Part shown: in pieces, positions 25,180 to 39,800 of the stretch | Position numbering within the stretch: position 1 is the first letter of the stretch | Layout of the letters: each line of letters starts with the position of its first letter | Assembly (NCBI GenBank): GCA_964016885.1 | Contig: OZ024740.1 | Coordinates: 128,154,001 to 128,218,000, forward strand | Direction: 5' to 3' | Origin: Eledone cirrhosa | Taxonomy: Eukaryota | DNA length: 64,000 nt | The notes under the pieces: generated by a model | What the model was told of the DNA's origin: nothing | The model's input: the letters and a program-made list of their open reading frames with translations, nothing else | Databases searched by the model: none | Translations under genes and position numbers: made by a program

Positions 25180-26784
25180 TTCGAGCTCCGTGTAGTGAAC
25201 TAGAGAAGTCCTGTAGATGAGGCACTGGATAAGAAAGAGTCAGGCACGGTCCAGTTGTTCAGTGCACGGTAGTCGCCACTGATTGGCCAGTCGTTCGATG
25301 ACTTATTGGGTACACAATGTATGGGAGAGGACCAGTTGCTGCTGGGCAGACGTATGATGCTGAGATCCAGCATGTGCTGAAATTCTTGTTTGACAGACTT
25401 CAGCCGGTCTGGTGGTAGCCTTCTAGGTCGTGCAGCGACAGGTGGGCCGTGTGATTTTATGTGGTGGGTGACTGGATGACGTCATGTTTTACAGGGCAAG
25501 CGTTGAATAGTGGTCGAGCTGCTTCTGGGTATTTGTTGATTATATGGTTGTGCCGGGTTATTGTTGTCGATCGTGAAATGACTGGATTGACTGTTGCTGT
25601 CCGAGCGGCTATGCTGCGCACAGCGAGACCAGTGGAGTTGTCAACGAGTCGTTGGTTTTTCAGGACCACTAGCAGTGAGAATTGCTGAAGAAAATCAGCT
25701 CCTAAAATAGGGGTCGGCAGCTTAGCCACAACGAATACCCACTAGAAAGTGCGGCGTAGTCCTAAATTTAGTGTCAGGGACTGTTCTCCGTCGGTCGGAA
25801 TAGGTGAATGATTCACCGCTTGGAGCCAGGCTGGTGTTTCTTTCCTTTTTCCAGGAACGCAGGAAATCGGGATTATGCGGACTTCAGCACCGGTGTCGAC
25901 CAGGAAGCGCGTGCCTGTGATGCGATCCTGAATAAAAAATAGGCGACTTTGGTTATGAGAGCCAGAAAAGTCCGTCGCATTCAGTTTATAGCCGTGTCTT
26001 TTCCTTGATTCGACATCGAAACAAATGAACAGGGGTGGCTGCACTTGCGCGCCCGTCTTCCGAATTGTTGGTGGAACCAACACATTTCTGGTGAATCACG
26101 GGATGCGCTCAGACTTATAGAGCGACTACCGAATCGTTGAGTTCGACTGTTAGACCGACGCGTGGCAGTGTTTTCCAGTGACAAGGCCTGCACTTGTTGA
26201 GTCAAGGCCTGTATCTGTGTTGCTTGCTGTGCCAGTTACTGGTGTAGATCGGGGATCTCTGTGCCACTGGAGGGCTGAAGGAAAGGATTGGTGGAAGGCA
26301 CGGCTGGCGTCACATTCGCTAAAGTTGAATGCGGATGTGGTACCTCCTGGATCTTATCTGCCAGCCCCGCGAGTTTTCAATGGTGGTGGACTCCCTGGTG
26401 GAGGCTAAGACAACTTGTGTGGCAGAAGGCAAACGCTGGAGGAAGAGTTGCTTGAACATTTCATCCGGGAGTTTATGTTTTCCCAGGAGCTGCTTCATTC
26501 GCCGTAGGAGTTGCGTCGGCTTTTTATCTCCTAATTCCTCCGATATGAGGAGCTGGTGCAAGCGCTTCTGCTGCAACTCCAACGTCCTCTTAATTAACGT
26601 CGTTTTAAATGTGTCATATGACACAGAGCCGGGTGGTGCTAAAATGAGGTCTCGAACTTCATTCATAACCTCCGGAGACATCGAACCAATGACATGTGTG
26701 AGACGGGATGCCTCGCCAACGATCCGGTTCGATGCGAACTGCGTTTCGATGTGCGCGAACCACAGTTGTAGCGAATAATCCAGT
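25180..26784 (-). mobile_element. Ty3/Gypsy internal fragment: gag, aspartic protease, start of RT (frameshifted)
   Basis: LWFAHIE..F, LGDKKPTQLLRRM, LFLQRLP, CWFHQQFG..ARKC..PC, FLVDTGAEV, PILGADFL; RT motif DYRALN at ~25260-25280. Confidence 0.92.
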
Positions 26785-27701
26785 TGTAACGGATAAGTGA
26801 ATAGATGGAATTTTTGGTATGATGGTTTCAATGCAAAGAATAATACCAGGATAGTGTTGTTACAATGTTTATTGTATTATAACAATATTCAATTTGAATA
26901 TTGAATGATAAAATCTATAACATGAAATATTCGTACAATAATTTGGTGGCTATTCGAGCCACGTAAATACAAGTATCACAGAGTACGATTATAATATAAT
27001 TTGTATTGTATCTGAAAGATACAATGTGACAAACAGAAATGGTGCGTGTGAAATGAAAACAGTTTGAACTTACTATGTGTGCGTATTAGTATACTTTCTT
27101 GTTTTAGCAGTAGTAGTAATCACTCAGCTAGGCGTGTAAGGCGTGTGAGAAATTAATGGACAGGCGTTTTTCGTGAAGGGAGATTTGACAGCGTAGGTGA
27201 AATAGGTTCCCTATCAATCCACTGTAAAGTGGTCGTGTAGGCACCACGGCAGAAAAGCACCCAGCACTCACCCTAAAGGAGGTTGGTGTTAGGAAGGGCA
27301 TCCAGCTGTAGAAATCGAGCCAGAATAAGTTCCCGTCCCACCCTTGCAAGCTGGGAAAAGCGGGCGCAAAATGATGCTGATGATGATGATGATGTCTGTG
27401 GTATCACTTTTTCTGCCGGGGCGTAAACATCCCTTGTATTTATAAGGGTTGAAGTTAGAGGGATAGATATATCCTCTGACCTTTGGTTAGAATCTCCCAA
27501 GGGGTTGATCTACTGGGCGTAAACAACTAAGAAGGATGGATATATCTTACCTCTTTTTTGCCAGGCGTAAACAACATCTGACCTGTGTTTATCATCTCCC
27601 AAGGAGTTGATCTGCCGGGCGTAAACAACTAACCACGGCTTGTCCCAGAGGCGGGAAAGCTCAGATTCGGTTTCGAATCTTCGCCGCCATTATACATTAC
27701 A
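26785..27701 (-). mobile_element. Candidate 5' LTR of the Gypsy element, interrupted by an RTE-tail insertion (~27130-27392)
   Basis: Minus-strand termini TGTAA...TTACA; four TGTTTACGCC repeats, TATAAATA (~27437-27444) and AATAAA near the 3' end; ACTGG (PBS-like) follows immediately. No second LTR in the window. Confidence 0.55.
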
Positions 27702-27817
27702 TATATGTCGATATATATATATACACTCACACATACACATATATATATATATATATGTATCATCATCATTTTCGTTATCATTTTACATCGCTTTTCCCTG
27801 CTTGCAAGGGTGGGACG

Positions 27818-27910
27818 AGGTTGACTTTGCCTTTCATCCTTACGGGGTCGATAAAATAAAGTACCAGTAATGCACTGGTTAATTGCTGGCCTTGTACCTA
27901 AAGTAGAAAC

Positions 27911-27911
<1 letters not shown>
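27818..27911 (+). mobile_element. 5'-truncated SINE copy
   Basis: CTTTGCCTTTCATCCTTACGGGGTCGATAAAATAAAGTACCAG...GTAGAAACA. Confidence 0.85.
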
Positions 27912-27972
<61 letters not shown>

Positions 27973-29039
27973 TGATATATATATATATATATATATATGT
28001 AGATATTTTTATTTATGTAGATATATACAAACACACACACACACACACACACGCACACACATATATATATATAGAGAGAGATAGACATAGATAAACACCT
28101 ATAATGCCAACATCACGCAACACAGCATTTAATATGAAGCCTTCTGTCTAAGTCTATTGACCAAAGTTATTGATTACATCTATTGGAACTCACCAGATAT
28201 CGGATGGCTTATTAATTTGATTCCTTATCCTGTTTTAGTGGCACCAACTTCTCACTTTAACACCTCCATACATGTCAGCTACACACTATTTATTAGTATT
28301 TCTGCCTGTTCTACCTGAAATCATAATGATGACTTTCTATGAGTTTATTAATCTTCAGTATATTTAGTTTTGAATTTGTTCTGCCAACTTGGTATTTATT
28401 TACTCAGTTTTTTACAGGCACCCAGTTATATTTTTCATCTTTCTAATACTTCTAATTTTTTTTTTTTTTTCATTTCGTCATGGTCACCTGATCTGTGTAT
28501 TTACATTTGAAGTTATTTATTTTTCATGTATTGAGTTTTAATTTATTTTTTTTGTATAATGTATACATGTATGGTACATGTAGTTAAGTGTGACACATTT
28601 AGGTATACGTATATCTTTACTTACACACATGCATACATACATAAATACATACATACATTATCATTTAATATCTCATGTTTTCACAGGAAGCAAGGTTTGT
28701 TTACATATGTGAGCATATACATACATTATTATTATAATTATTATAATATATATATATATATATAGATTTCAGGAATCGGTTTTTACCATCTTCATTTAAG
28801 TTCACTGCTTACTTTTCAGTTTTTGTATGTCATTATATGTATGCGAGACACAGTCTCCTGACCAATCCCGCATTAGATGGAACAATACCATCTAACCCAT
28901 GCTAGCATAGAAAATGGACGTTAAACAATGATGATGATGATGATGATGATGTATGGTCGTGGATACATTTTGTCTAGTAAATATGAACTGATGTATTACA
29001 TATATACATATATCAAACTTAGAATAGATGTAGGATATA

Positions 29040-31630
29040 GAAATCAGACATTACATCTCTCTTTGCACCACATGCAGTACTGAGTAAAGAACAAATTACC
29101 TTTTCTGAGAGAAACCATAACAGACAGCAGTAGATACTGACAACAAAGACTCATCATCTTGGAAGATGATTTCAATGGATATGTTCGATAGTACTGGGAT
29201 GGATTCACTGGAATTCACGGAGGCTATGATTATGGCTCAAGAAACTGACAGTCATCTAATCACACACTGATCAGGCAAACAAAAGTTAGATTGTTTTCTT
29301 ACTTGTATCACAAAAAAATAGATAGATGGTAGATCCCCAGGGAAAAATATGCTGTCCCACACAGGGTAGATATTATAGACTTCAGATGAAAAACCAGATG
29401 TGTCAAAATACGCAGGAAAATATGGACAAGGAGGGCTTCGAACCTAAAATACATTTCTGTTAAATATAGATTTAGAGAGGCACTACAGGATGCATAAGAG
29501 GAGAAGAGAGACTAACTGAATACATTTGACATAGAGAACAATTATAAATTCTTACATGACGAAATATTTCAAACTACTGGTGAGTCTTGTGGCAAAGCAA
29601 CAATCAACAGAGGGTGGTCATTAAGACCTAGAGATAGGCGTCGAAAAACTTGAAAAATGGAGGTACAGAGACCAGTACCATGTAGCTAAGAGAAAAGCTA
29701 GGTGACAGGTATACATAGATCAGAAAGAGGCTGCAAAAAGAAGGTTTGGCAACGTGATATGAGGATCAGAGATATGAAATGTTTCACAATGTAAGATATT
29801 GTATCAGTGTAAATCCAAATGATGTTGGGGAAAGTAAACTAGAAACGACAAGTTGATGGACCAGGTCATGAAAATAACAGAAAGAGTTATAGAAGAGCTG
29901 ATTAGGGACTGGATTAATCTAGATGAGATGCAATTCATATTTGTGCCAGGTAAAAATAGCACAGATGCTCCCTTCCAGGTGAAGCAGCTACAAGAGAAGG
30001 ACCTAACTAAAAGTAAGCCACTCTACCTGGCATTTCTTGATTTGGCGAAGGCTATTGACAGAGTCCCCAATGCCCTAATCTGGTGGGCTCTTAGAAAACT
30101 ATGAGTAGATGAAGGGATTGCGAAGGCCGTACAAGCCATGTACATGGTAGCAGCCAGCAAAGTTTGGATTAACAATGACTATAGCAAGGAAGTTCTCCAG
30201 GGCTCTGTTGTTAACCATCTCCTGTTTATTATTGTACTGCAGGCTATGACAGAGGAGTTTAAAATAGGCTGTCCATGAAAACTCCTGTATGCGGATGCTC
30301 TTACACTCATAGCTGAGTCTATGGCAGAATTGGAGAAGAAATTCCAAGTCTGGAAGTATGGCCTAGAAAAAAAGGGTCTTAAAGTCAACCTGACAAAGAC
30401 TAAGGTCTTAGCAAGTAGAAGGGAAAACAGAGCTCTTATCCCCTCAGAAAATGGCCTTGGTCAATGTATAGGTAAGGTTTAGTTATAAATTCCATCCTCT
30501 GTCCCTAATACAAATTATGGGCACACAAGAGTTGAGGTGGGTTCTGAAGTAGTCTAGCTAAGTGTGAAGGTTTTTTAATGTAGCCGTTGCACTAGAGCAG
30601 TAAGCAGAAATAAAAGGAAAAAAGTAGGAATCAAGCACTATCAAATTCTGGGATGGTTTGGTGGAAACAGCAGAGAGCTTCTACTACCTGGGTGACGAAA
30701 TTAGCATTTGAGGTAGGTGTCCCGAAAGTACAGAAGCCAGAGAGAGAATGAGCTGGAGATGGCCACAAAAGTATTTTCCCTTAAAATGAAGGGCAGACTA
30801 TATCATGCATGCATACAAACAGCAATGTTGCATGTTAGTGAGAGCTGGGTGCAGAGGACTTGCAAAGATTGGAAAGAAAGGATGTATATACAAAGCATAA
30901 ATAAACTGAGAGAGACAAATAGATGCAGTGTGCAGGAGAGAGGAATACGTTGGTATCGACATGTGATGCATATGAAGGACGATATCAGTATAAACATGTT
31001 TAAAGTGCTGAAAGTTGATGGAAGCCATGGAGTGGGAAAACCCAGGAAGACTTGGGAAGATATGATAAAAGCTGACCTTGCCCAACTGCACATCTCAAAC
31101 GCAATGACACTAGACTGAGATATTTGACATTATGCAGTAATTCAGAAGATCTGCCTTCTCATGAGCACAAAGTGAATCATTTCTATAGTATACACTACCT
31201 TCACCTCCACCACATCCCAGCCACTCTTCCATAAACATCCCATGTGCACAGGTTGAAACATACATTAAGTGTGCTCCACCCCTTTCCATTACCTCCCATC
31301 TCCTAACACTCCACCCTTACATACCTCTCCAATCCACCATAAACCTCTCTCACCAAAGACCTCAGCCTACACTGTAAAGTTTTGTAAAGTATGTGTCATG
31401 ACAAAAAGCACCCAGTACACACAGCAAAGTGATCATATAGATGTCATGAAAAGACGCACCTAGTACACATTGTAAATAAGTTTGGTGTTAGGAAGGACAC
31501 CTAGCTGTAGAACCCAAGCCAAAATCTGTTCTGCGCGAGCAAGACATGGTCACCCGACCCGGTATTTTGTCTAACCCATGCTAAAATGGAAAAATTGGTG
31601 ATAAACAGTGATGATGATGATGATAATAAC
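29040..31630 (+). mobile_element. Decayed RTE LINE (APE remnant, RT, C-terminus, 3' UTR, (GAT)n tail)
   Basis: ORFs 29853-30104 (AFLDLAKAIDRVP..IWWALRKL) and 30717-31118 (KGRLY.AC, IRWYRHV, GKPRKTW). Confidence 0.9.
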
Positions 31631-31827
31631 AATTATCAGTGTTGGTTGATCCAAGCAATCGACTTACAATGATTAATCAGGTTGAAGCACCTGATGTCAT
31701 GGATATAACAAGTTATTATGTATATGGTGTCAGACGAAGTATTAGTATTAAGAAAAGAGAGGGGGATGATACCACATATTGAAATAAACTGATATTAATT
31801 ATCTTATACTGTCTTTCTCCCTATTTC

Positions 31828-31867
<40 letters not shown>

Positions 31868-32043
31868 TCATAATTATCATCATTGTTACTGATGATGATA
31901 ATAATATATATATATATATAATATATGTATATATTAGCATAGTACTAACATAGTGAGATTCATAATAGAGTAGTGTATGTAGGCATGTACAATGTGTTTC
32001 TGTATAATAAAAGACGTAAGTCTTGCTGCAAACAGTTTAAGCT

Positions 32044-33700
32044 ATGATCATATCACAAGTATCACAGTATCTACAAGATGAACAGGATCCTGAATTTCAG
32101 GCCTCGAACCTACCCAGAGACAGCTCAAAGTCAGACAAGAAACGAAAAATCCAGCTGGAGCTCCCAAAGAATCCATTTCAAAGTCCAAACATTTCTCTAA
32201 TGGCTGATCGTTTAAACCTGACACTGGGCCGGAGAACAGCATTTATGGCATCGATTATTTCTGAGGGTGGGACTGACATAGACGCCACAACTCTCTCCAA
32301 GAATAGTAGCAGACGTGCAGCTAAGAAGATCAGAACTGTGGGAGCTGAATACATAAAGGAACAATTTGCTGTACCAGACTTTGTTACCTTGCATTGGGAT
32401 GGCAAAATAAATCCTGGTGACCACGAGAGGCTAGGTGTGCTAGTTGCTGGAACTCCGGACTGCAGAGAAGGTAAACTCCTCGGTGTTCCCATAATTCCTG
32501 ATGGCACTGGAATAACCCAAGGTAAAGCATCATTTGATCTTGTTAAAGATTGGAATATTGATGGGTCTGTGGTGGGCTTGGTCTTCGACACAACTGCTTC
32601 GAATTCTGGATGGAAAAATGGTGCCTGCGTGAAACTAGAAGAGATGCTCAACAAAAGTTGTTTGATTTTGCTTGTCGGCACCCTGTCATGGAGCGTATGT
32701 GGCAACAACTATTCGGAGCAATGTCCAGTCCAGACATCCCAGAGTTCAAGGAGTTCAAAAAAGATTGGGTGTCACTCACGGACAAGACCAACTTTAAAAC
32801 ATTGAACATTGTCGTCTGGAGAGTCAAGCGTCTGTGTTCTGAGAACATCAAGTTCCTCCAAGAGTTGCTGACATCCGATGATGGGAAAATGAGTTCTCTT
32901 CTACGGGACGACTACTGAGAATGTGCTGAGTTGATGTTGATCTTGCTTGGTGTCACTCCTCCTCGTGGTATTCATTGGATGTTGCCTGGTGCACATCATA
33001 ACGCTCGGTGGATGTCCACAATCATCTATAGTGCAAAGAGGTATGCATTTGGTGAGCGACTCAATTACGATCAAGCTAAAATGGAAATGTTGCGCCGGAT
33101 CTGTATGTTCAAGGCTCTGTTCTACGTGCGATACTGACTGACAGCAGTCAAGTGTGCTGATGCACCATCCCATGACCTTCAATTCTACGTGGAGTTGACA
33201 CAATACAGTAAGGTTGACAGAGATCTCTCGCAGGTAGCCACTACTGCTCTGAGCAGGCATCTTTGGTACCTGATGGAGGAAGCCATTCCGCTAGCGTTGT
33301 TTTCAAGTCGAGTCCAAGAGTCCGAGAAGAAACAAATAGCTCAACGTCTTGTCAAAACGAAAACGTCTCGACCGTGGTGCTCCAGTATTTCCCGAGTTGC
33401 AGTCGTCCACGAAGCTGCCTCATCTAGTTGGGAAGAAATCATGGCTTCTGTTCGATCTCCTTGGTCTCGACGATACTTGGCTTGAGCTGTCACCTGCAAC
33501 TTTGTCGTCACAAGCATCATATCAAAATGCCTGTGCTGTTGTTCACAATATCAAGGTAGTCAACGATCAGGGCAGTCAAGTTGATAACTGATTTTGTTGC
33601 CATCATCAAGAATGAGGAGAAGCAGTGTGTTCTTCAAGTAGTCGAAGCTCATCGTCGCAAGGGCCCGGATTTCGAAAAAGAAACTCTGAAAAAAATATGA
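32044..33700 (+). pseudogene. DDE transposase relic, hAT-like (probably hATm group), frameshifted
   Basis: LHWDGK, LLGVP, VFDTTASNSG..GAC..LE, ACRH, PGAHHNARWM..IY..K, HLWYL.EE.IPLALF, IKVVND; no TIRs seen. Subgroup assignment is from memory. Confidence 0.8.
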
Positions 33701-36219
33701 CTGGAGTTAACTTAACTGAACTTGTTTCTTCCTTGTACGCCTTTATATTCAAAGCTGGTTTACTAAATATAATGGATTAATAAAATAAACAATTATTGTA
33801 TGTTCATATTTGGTTTCACATTTTCATGATTTCATGCAACATAATCACACTTTCCAGTATAATCACCATCATATAGGCAAGACTCAAAATAATTTATTTT
33901 ATACAACATATGTTTTACTTTACCAATTGGGGCTTTTATAATGGGAAAATACACAGGGAGCGTTAGTATTGTGACCCTGCTTTTTATGCACACTCTAAGG
34001 TACAGTTCAAAATGTAAGGTATTTCTTTCAAGAAAACAATTGATTTCCATCTCATCCCATGACAAGATATATTGCCTTAGAAATGGGGGATACTTGAAAT
34101 TAAGAATCAAATTTTGTTTTATTTATTTAATGAATGGCTAATCTTTAACAAAAATTAACAAGTGAGAGAAATAATATTTTGGCATTCCTAGCCTGCATGG
34201 AAAATGGAAACAAGACTATTTGACAGTTGTATAGTTACTAGCATTCAACTGTAAAACACAAGATGTAAAAGAAAATAAACAAACAAACAAAAAATTAAAT
34301 GCAGATGCTTGAATTTGCAGATTTGTCAAATCTATTGCATGCATGTGAAAGCTATAAAAATATATATTAATACTTTCTTGTACAATTTAAAAAAATTTTG
34401 CTTTCACGTATTCAAATATTTGATTGGTGCAAATGTGAACTCAAAAGCTTGGAATTAAATGCAATTCTCAAAAGCACACTATATTTCTAATTTTTATAAC
34501 ACTTAAAGTTACAGTTATGTTAGGAAAACATTAATCAAAAGAATCTGGGCATGTAGTAATTCATATGGAAATTCTCACTGTAATGCATTTATTGCTGCAT
34601 GTTCAAGCATGCATGCCCATACTTGTATATGTTTTGTGCACATGTTTCTTCATTTGTAAACAATTATTTATGATTGTGCTTGTGTGCAGGAATGCATGTG
34701 TGTGTAAGTTCACCTGAAATGTATGGTTATGAGAGTTGAAGGGTGTATTTGACTGTGAAAAAGAGACCGAATTTGATTTTTGTCAGTGTGCAGTTTCATA
34801 GTTGTATCACAATAAACTTGCTTGTGTGAATTTATATCTGTGTGTAAATAAAGTATAACTGTGGATTTTGTTAGATTAATCTTGTTTATTTTTTATATGA
34901 TCTGATACATGATCAGTTGCGAATGTGTAACTATGCATGTAGGCTTTCTAGTTTGAATATCAATATGTTTACATGATGAAGCGTATGTATTCATGCTGTC
35001 CTAGGTGTCTGCACGTATGTGAGACCTAATGTCCTTATCTTCATGTGCCTGCACATTTGTATTTGTTGCGAGAGATAGAGAGAGTGTGTGAGTTTGAGAT
35101 CAAGTATATGAGAATGTGTGTAGGTGTGTGTGTGACATTGCGTGAATGTGCATTAATATGTGAGACTGTATGTCAGCTTGTAAATATTTAAATGCCTATG
35201 TCTGTATTTGTATACTTCTTTAAACCCATGGGTAAATATATGTGAATTTGTTTGCTACTTCAAACATGTTGGTTAGTGTGCATGTGAGCATTCAAGCATC
35301 TATTTGCTATTGTGCATTAATGTCCATATGCCTCTGTTCATATTTGCATGTGCATTATGCATGTGACTAGCTATGTGTGTGTGTTTAAATGAGTCTATTT
35401 CAGTGTGTAACTATATGTGTACATCTACAAACCTCTGTATATGTGAATGTATACATATCTGTGTGCATCAACATATTTCCATATACCTGAAGACTACCAT
35501 ATAGCATGTGAATATCACTTTCTTCATTACGCTGTGGTCTATTTGATCCCATAGAACCACAAGAGTATAATATTCTGTTAGCATAACCAGGTTTATACAC
35601 TTCATATAAATCTACCAAATGCCTTCAAGTCTGAGCTATAAAGGAAGAATCAACAAAATAGATATTGATGGAAAAGCTTTGGTTGAAGGCTCCAATTATG
35701 CAAATGCACTCTCTATGTATACTATGTATGGGTAAGCATTTTGTGTGCTCACATGTGGTCAAATGAATATATAGATATTTGGGTATAGTTATATATTCAA
35801 ATATATGTGGAGAAGGAAATCACTCTATGGATGTGTCTAAAGAGAGAGAGACTGAGAGAAAAATCAAGAATGCAATATTTTTTCAAATACATCTACATTT
35901 GTGTATTATATCCATATATATATATGTGTATGTTATCATCATCACTTTATGTCCCCTCTCTCTCTGTTGGCATAGCTTTCATGGATCGTTACAGTCAAAG
36001 GCATCATTCAGAATTACTGCTCTTATAAATGTTTCTGTGGATTACATCAGGCATATGCATTCTATTTTGTAGGTATGTATGTATGCATGTATGTATACAT
36101 GTAAGAGATTGAGGTTGCATCTATGTGATAAAAATACACATAATAATGTATATTTGTGTACATATACACATAATAATGTAAATGTGTGTACATATATATA
36201 TATATATATACACACACAC

Positions 36220-36281
<62 letters not shown>

Positions 36282-36879
36282 TATATATATATTTATATAC
36301 ATACACACACTAATATAAACACATATCTTTTCTATTTACAAGGACTGTAGTCTTAGCTAAGTTACCTACCTTTGAGACTTTTTGATTCCATTCTCTTCAA
36401 ATTCTGGAATTTTTCTCTATTTCTGTAGTATATTCAAATATGATGACTAGGTTGTCTACATACAAGAAATCCCATAAGCAGTCAGTCTTAAGCTCCTTCG
36501 GTATGGCATACATACATGCATATATACATACATGATGGCTGCAACTCGATTTTGAGTAATGCTATCACTTAATACTTAAGCTTGAGCATCAGGCGTTTTT
36601 GTTCTGCTAGAGACTTGTCTATGCCAGCAATATCAAATAATAAGCAATGCCTGTGCTTGAAGCTTTTTAAGAGAGGAAAGGCTTTGCACCGGGCCAATCG
36701 CACTCTCTGAACATAAAATGTATTTGCTCAAAATGACGAACTGGTCTACATCATTGGATACAAAAATTGTAGGTTTTATATCAGAGTGACCTGCTCCTAG
36801 AGAGATGTTTAATGAAGACTAGGAGTCTCTCACTCCACAAAAAAATCCCTATTGGATGGCATTTGACTCTCCTGAGATC

Positions 36880-37037
36880 CTCCACTCTTTGACAGGTCTT
36901 GTTTTTCATCCTGCAGGATCTCCAAAACTACTTTCCTCACCAAGCAAGCTTGGTGGGGTTGCCGGTTTGGTCAACCTGACCATGAACAGGTAGTACTGTG
37001 TTACATGCTACCAGTAGCGATGAAGAGTGACCTGACG
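36880..37037 (-). mobile_element. 5' portion of the RTE-derived non-autonomous family seen at 51553
   Basis: Reverse complement resembles 51555-51710 (GTCAGGTCAC..GCTACTGGTA..GGCAACCCCACC..CCTGCAGGA..CCTGTCAAAG). Confidence 0.7.
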
Positions 37038-37049
37038 TACACATACATA

Positions 37050-37660
37050 CATCCAAGGATATATATTTGCAATCCAAGAACAGGAAATAATAACAAAATA
37101 CCTGATTCGCAAAAGAGATAGGGATGCAGGTAAAACATCTAGATGTGACAACAAATGAAAACTCTGCAGAATTAACATCGAAAATTTCACCCATTATATA
37201 AACAGTTGTCCAAAGATATCATTACAGTACTATATATGTATGAAGCATGATTAGTGACCAAAACACTCTCCAATGCAATCCGTTGAAAAGATAGCCATGA
37301 AAATAAACATATTAAAAGTTACAGCAATGTAGAAGACATATACATACAGAGTAAAGCTGGAATGTTCCAGTCAATACCCCAATAAAATGCAAGCATAACA
37401 GACCAGATATAATGACATGGGACAGGGAAAAGAAGGTATCCAAAATACTGGAAGTCAGCTGCCCAGCAGATGCCAATATAATATTAAAGATTAGCAAAGA
37501 GGGGATCATCTATGCTGAACTAATGAGGATCTGCAGATACTCTACTCTGACTCTACCCTTACAATTTTACCTGTGATTATTGGGGTTCTGGTATATGTTA
37601 CTAACTGCCTCAGTATAATCTCAAGAACCTGGTCTTGAAGGAACCAGATAGAACATGACT
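37050..37660 (+). mobile_element. Decayed C-terminus of an RLE-type (R4/NeSL-like) LINE
   Basis: Manual translation gives a Cys/His knuckle remnant (LCR..IE..H.I..C) then KHNRPDIMTWDREKK..ILEVSCP and LPVIIG. Confidence 0.7.
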
Positions 37661-37833
37661 AGTTAAGAGTTATAAGTGTAATCCATTAATGGAACTATAA
37701 AAATATGTAAAATATTCCAAAGATTCTGCATGCACATACACTGCATATACACATGTACACATACAAAGCATATGCACATGCACACATATAATTCAAAACA
37801 TAGACATCTACACATACAATAGCTTCCATACTT

Positions 37834-37969
<136 letters not shown>

Positions 37970-39800
37970 ACATACAGACTTACATACATATTTACCCAGT
38001 TGATGTCTAAATTCCAATGAAAGAGTCTTGCGTCTATGTTAAAAACTGACTCTCTCTCTCTATTGGTAAACATTTAGAAAACTATGAAACTAAGAACATA
38101 CATACACATTACATACTTACAGTTATACATACATACATAATTTCTTTGCATGTGATAGTAATTAAATAATGTATTGAAACATTATATTTGTGAATAAGTT
38201 ATAAATAAATTTACATATATAAATTTAGTTTCTGTGTAATTAAATGCCATATTGAATCAGTGGGCTTTCTTCTATCAGTTGAACAAACAGCAGAAAAGCT
38301 ATATTTTCACCTGGTCGTTATCAGTTCAATAAGACTGTTAATATTTTCAAGAGAGAGGACTTGAAACAAACTTAATACTACTTCTGAAAAATGCAACAAG
38401 CCACAAACACTGCCTTCTCTCATTTTACATATCAGTATGTTTGTTGTTGATTGGTTTTATTGGGGTAAGTATCAGGAGGAAGTGCAGTTCCTATGTAGTC
38501 TTTCCTGGGCCAATTAATTTTATGACCTTACCCTTCTCCTGTGACATTTTCATGAAAAAAATATGTGCAGGGAAAGAATTGAAAATTTTAGAGAGGAAAA
38601 AATAAGCATAAGGAATTAGTGCAGAGTACTACAATATAAGTGACAAGGGAGGGAAATACTAATTAGTTGTGAGTGTCCAAGAGGAAGTGACCTGAGAACA
38701 GCCATCGACAAGGAGCAGAGACATTATAAAATTGGTAAAAACTGCAGAGAGTAGGAAACATCATATCTGTGAGCCAAAGATTAAATTCTTTATTGCATAT
38801 CTTACTCCAGCAGATATATTCTCTATCTCAGTGGCTATAATTGTCCAGCTGCTTTCCCTGCCTTCATATTCTTATTCCCAGCCTTCATATCCTTAATAAC
38901 AATTTTGATTGTATAGTTGCCAAAATCAAGCAATTTGGCAACTATTCAATTTATTACAGCACTGAATAGAGTATTTTGTTGCAGCTCTCTCTGCTCTGTG
39001 TTCAGACATAGCCACAGTCAACTTTGCTTTTCATCCTTCCAGGGTTAATAAAATAAAGTAGCACTCCATAGTGGAGTATTGTTGGAATTGGAATTACATC
39101 AGACAAGTTGCTTCATGTTATGTCATCCAGCACTTTGCATTCAAATCCCAACACAGGTAAGAGTGAATATCTGTCCCATGGGAGCACAAATGATTATAAA
39201 AACTATGATGGGAGGAGAAAGATTGCAAATATTTACAATGACAGTTGAATTATGATGATGTTAATTCTAATAACTGTTTTTTCTAATAATTCTATTTCTT
39301 GGCATTGTAAAAGGCTGTATTTTAGACCATTACCAATTTTTGTTGCATTTAAAACTGTGTGCTACATTTCATCATCATCATTTAACATCTTTTGTCCCTG
39401 CTAGCATTGTTCAGATTTCCACAGACCAAGTCAGTACTCTAGCAAGGCTACTGACTGCTCATATGGTTCAGGGGCTTGCAGTTCCCTCAATTATAATCTC
39501 GCTTTCAAATATGTTCATACGTTCTACCAGGAGCATTTTAGCATGGTACCAGCACTAGAGAACTGAAGAGTCTTCTCAATCATTTATTTGGCAGGTTTGT
39601 TATGGCTGCATGTCCTTCTTATCACCATACAGTATAAAAAGTGTACTGGGTCCATGTATTATGTAAATGGTCAAGACTGAGGAGGTTGCCATGCCATTGA
39701 TGATACTAAAGAGTACTCCTGATATTTTGTTTGGCAAGTTTTCTACAGCTGGGTGCCCTTCTCATCACCTAACTGTTAACAGTATATTAATTGCATTTAT

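Noticed and set aside
27410-27635. Spaced GGCGTAAACA repeats suggesting a CRISPR-like array
   Set aside because: Only four short degenerate repeats with partly duplicated spacers, no cas genes and a eukaryotic context; better explained as LTR U3 repeats.
33923-34092. Possible 170-nt minus-strand exon with AG/GT boundaries
   Set aside because: One open frame but no recognisable protein and no partner exons; it needs RNA-seq evidence.
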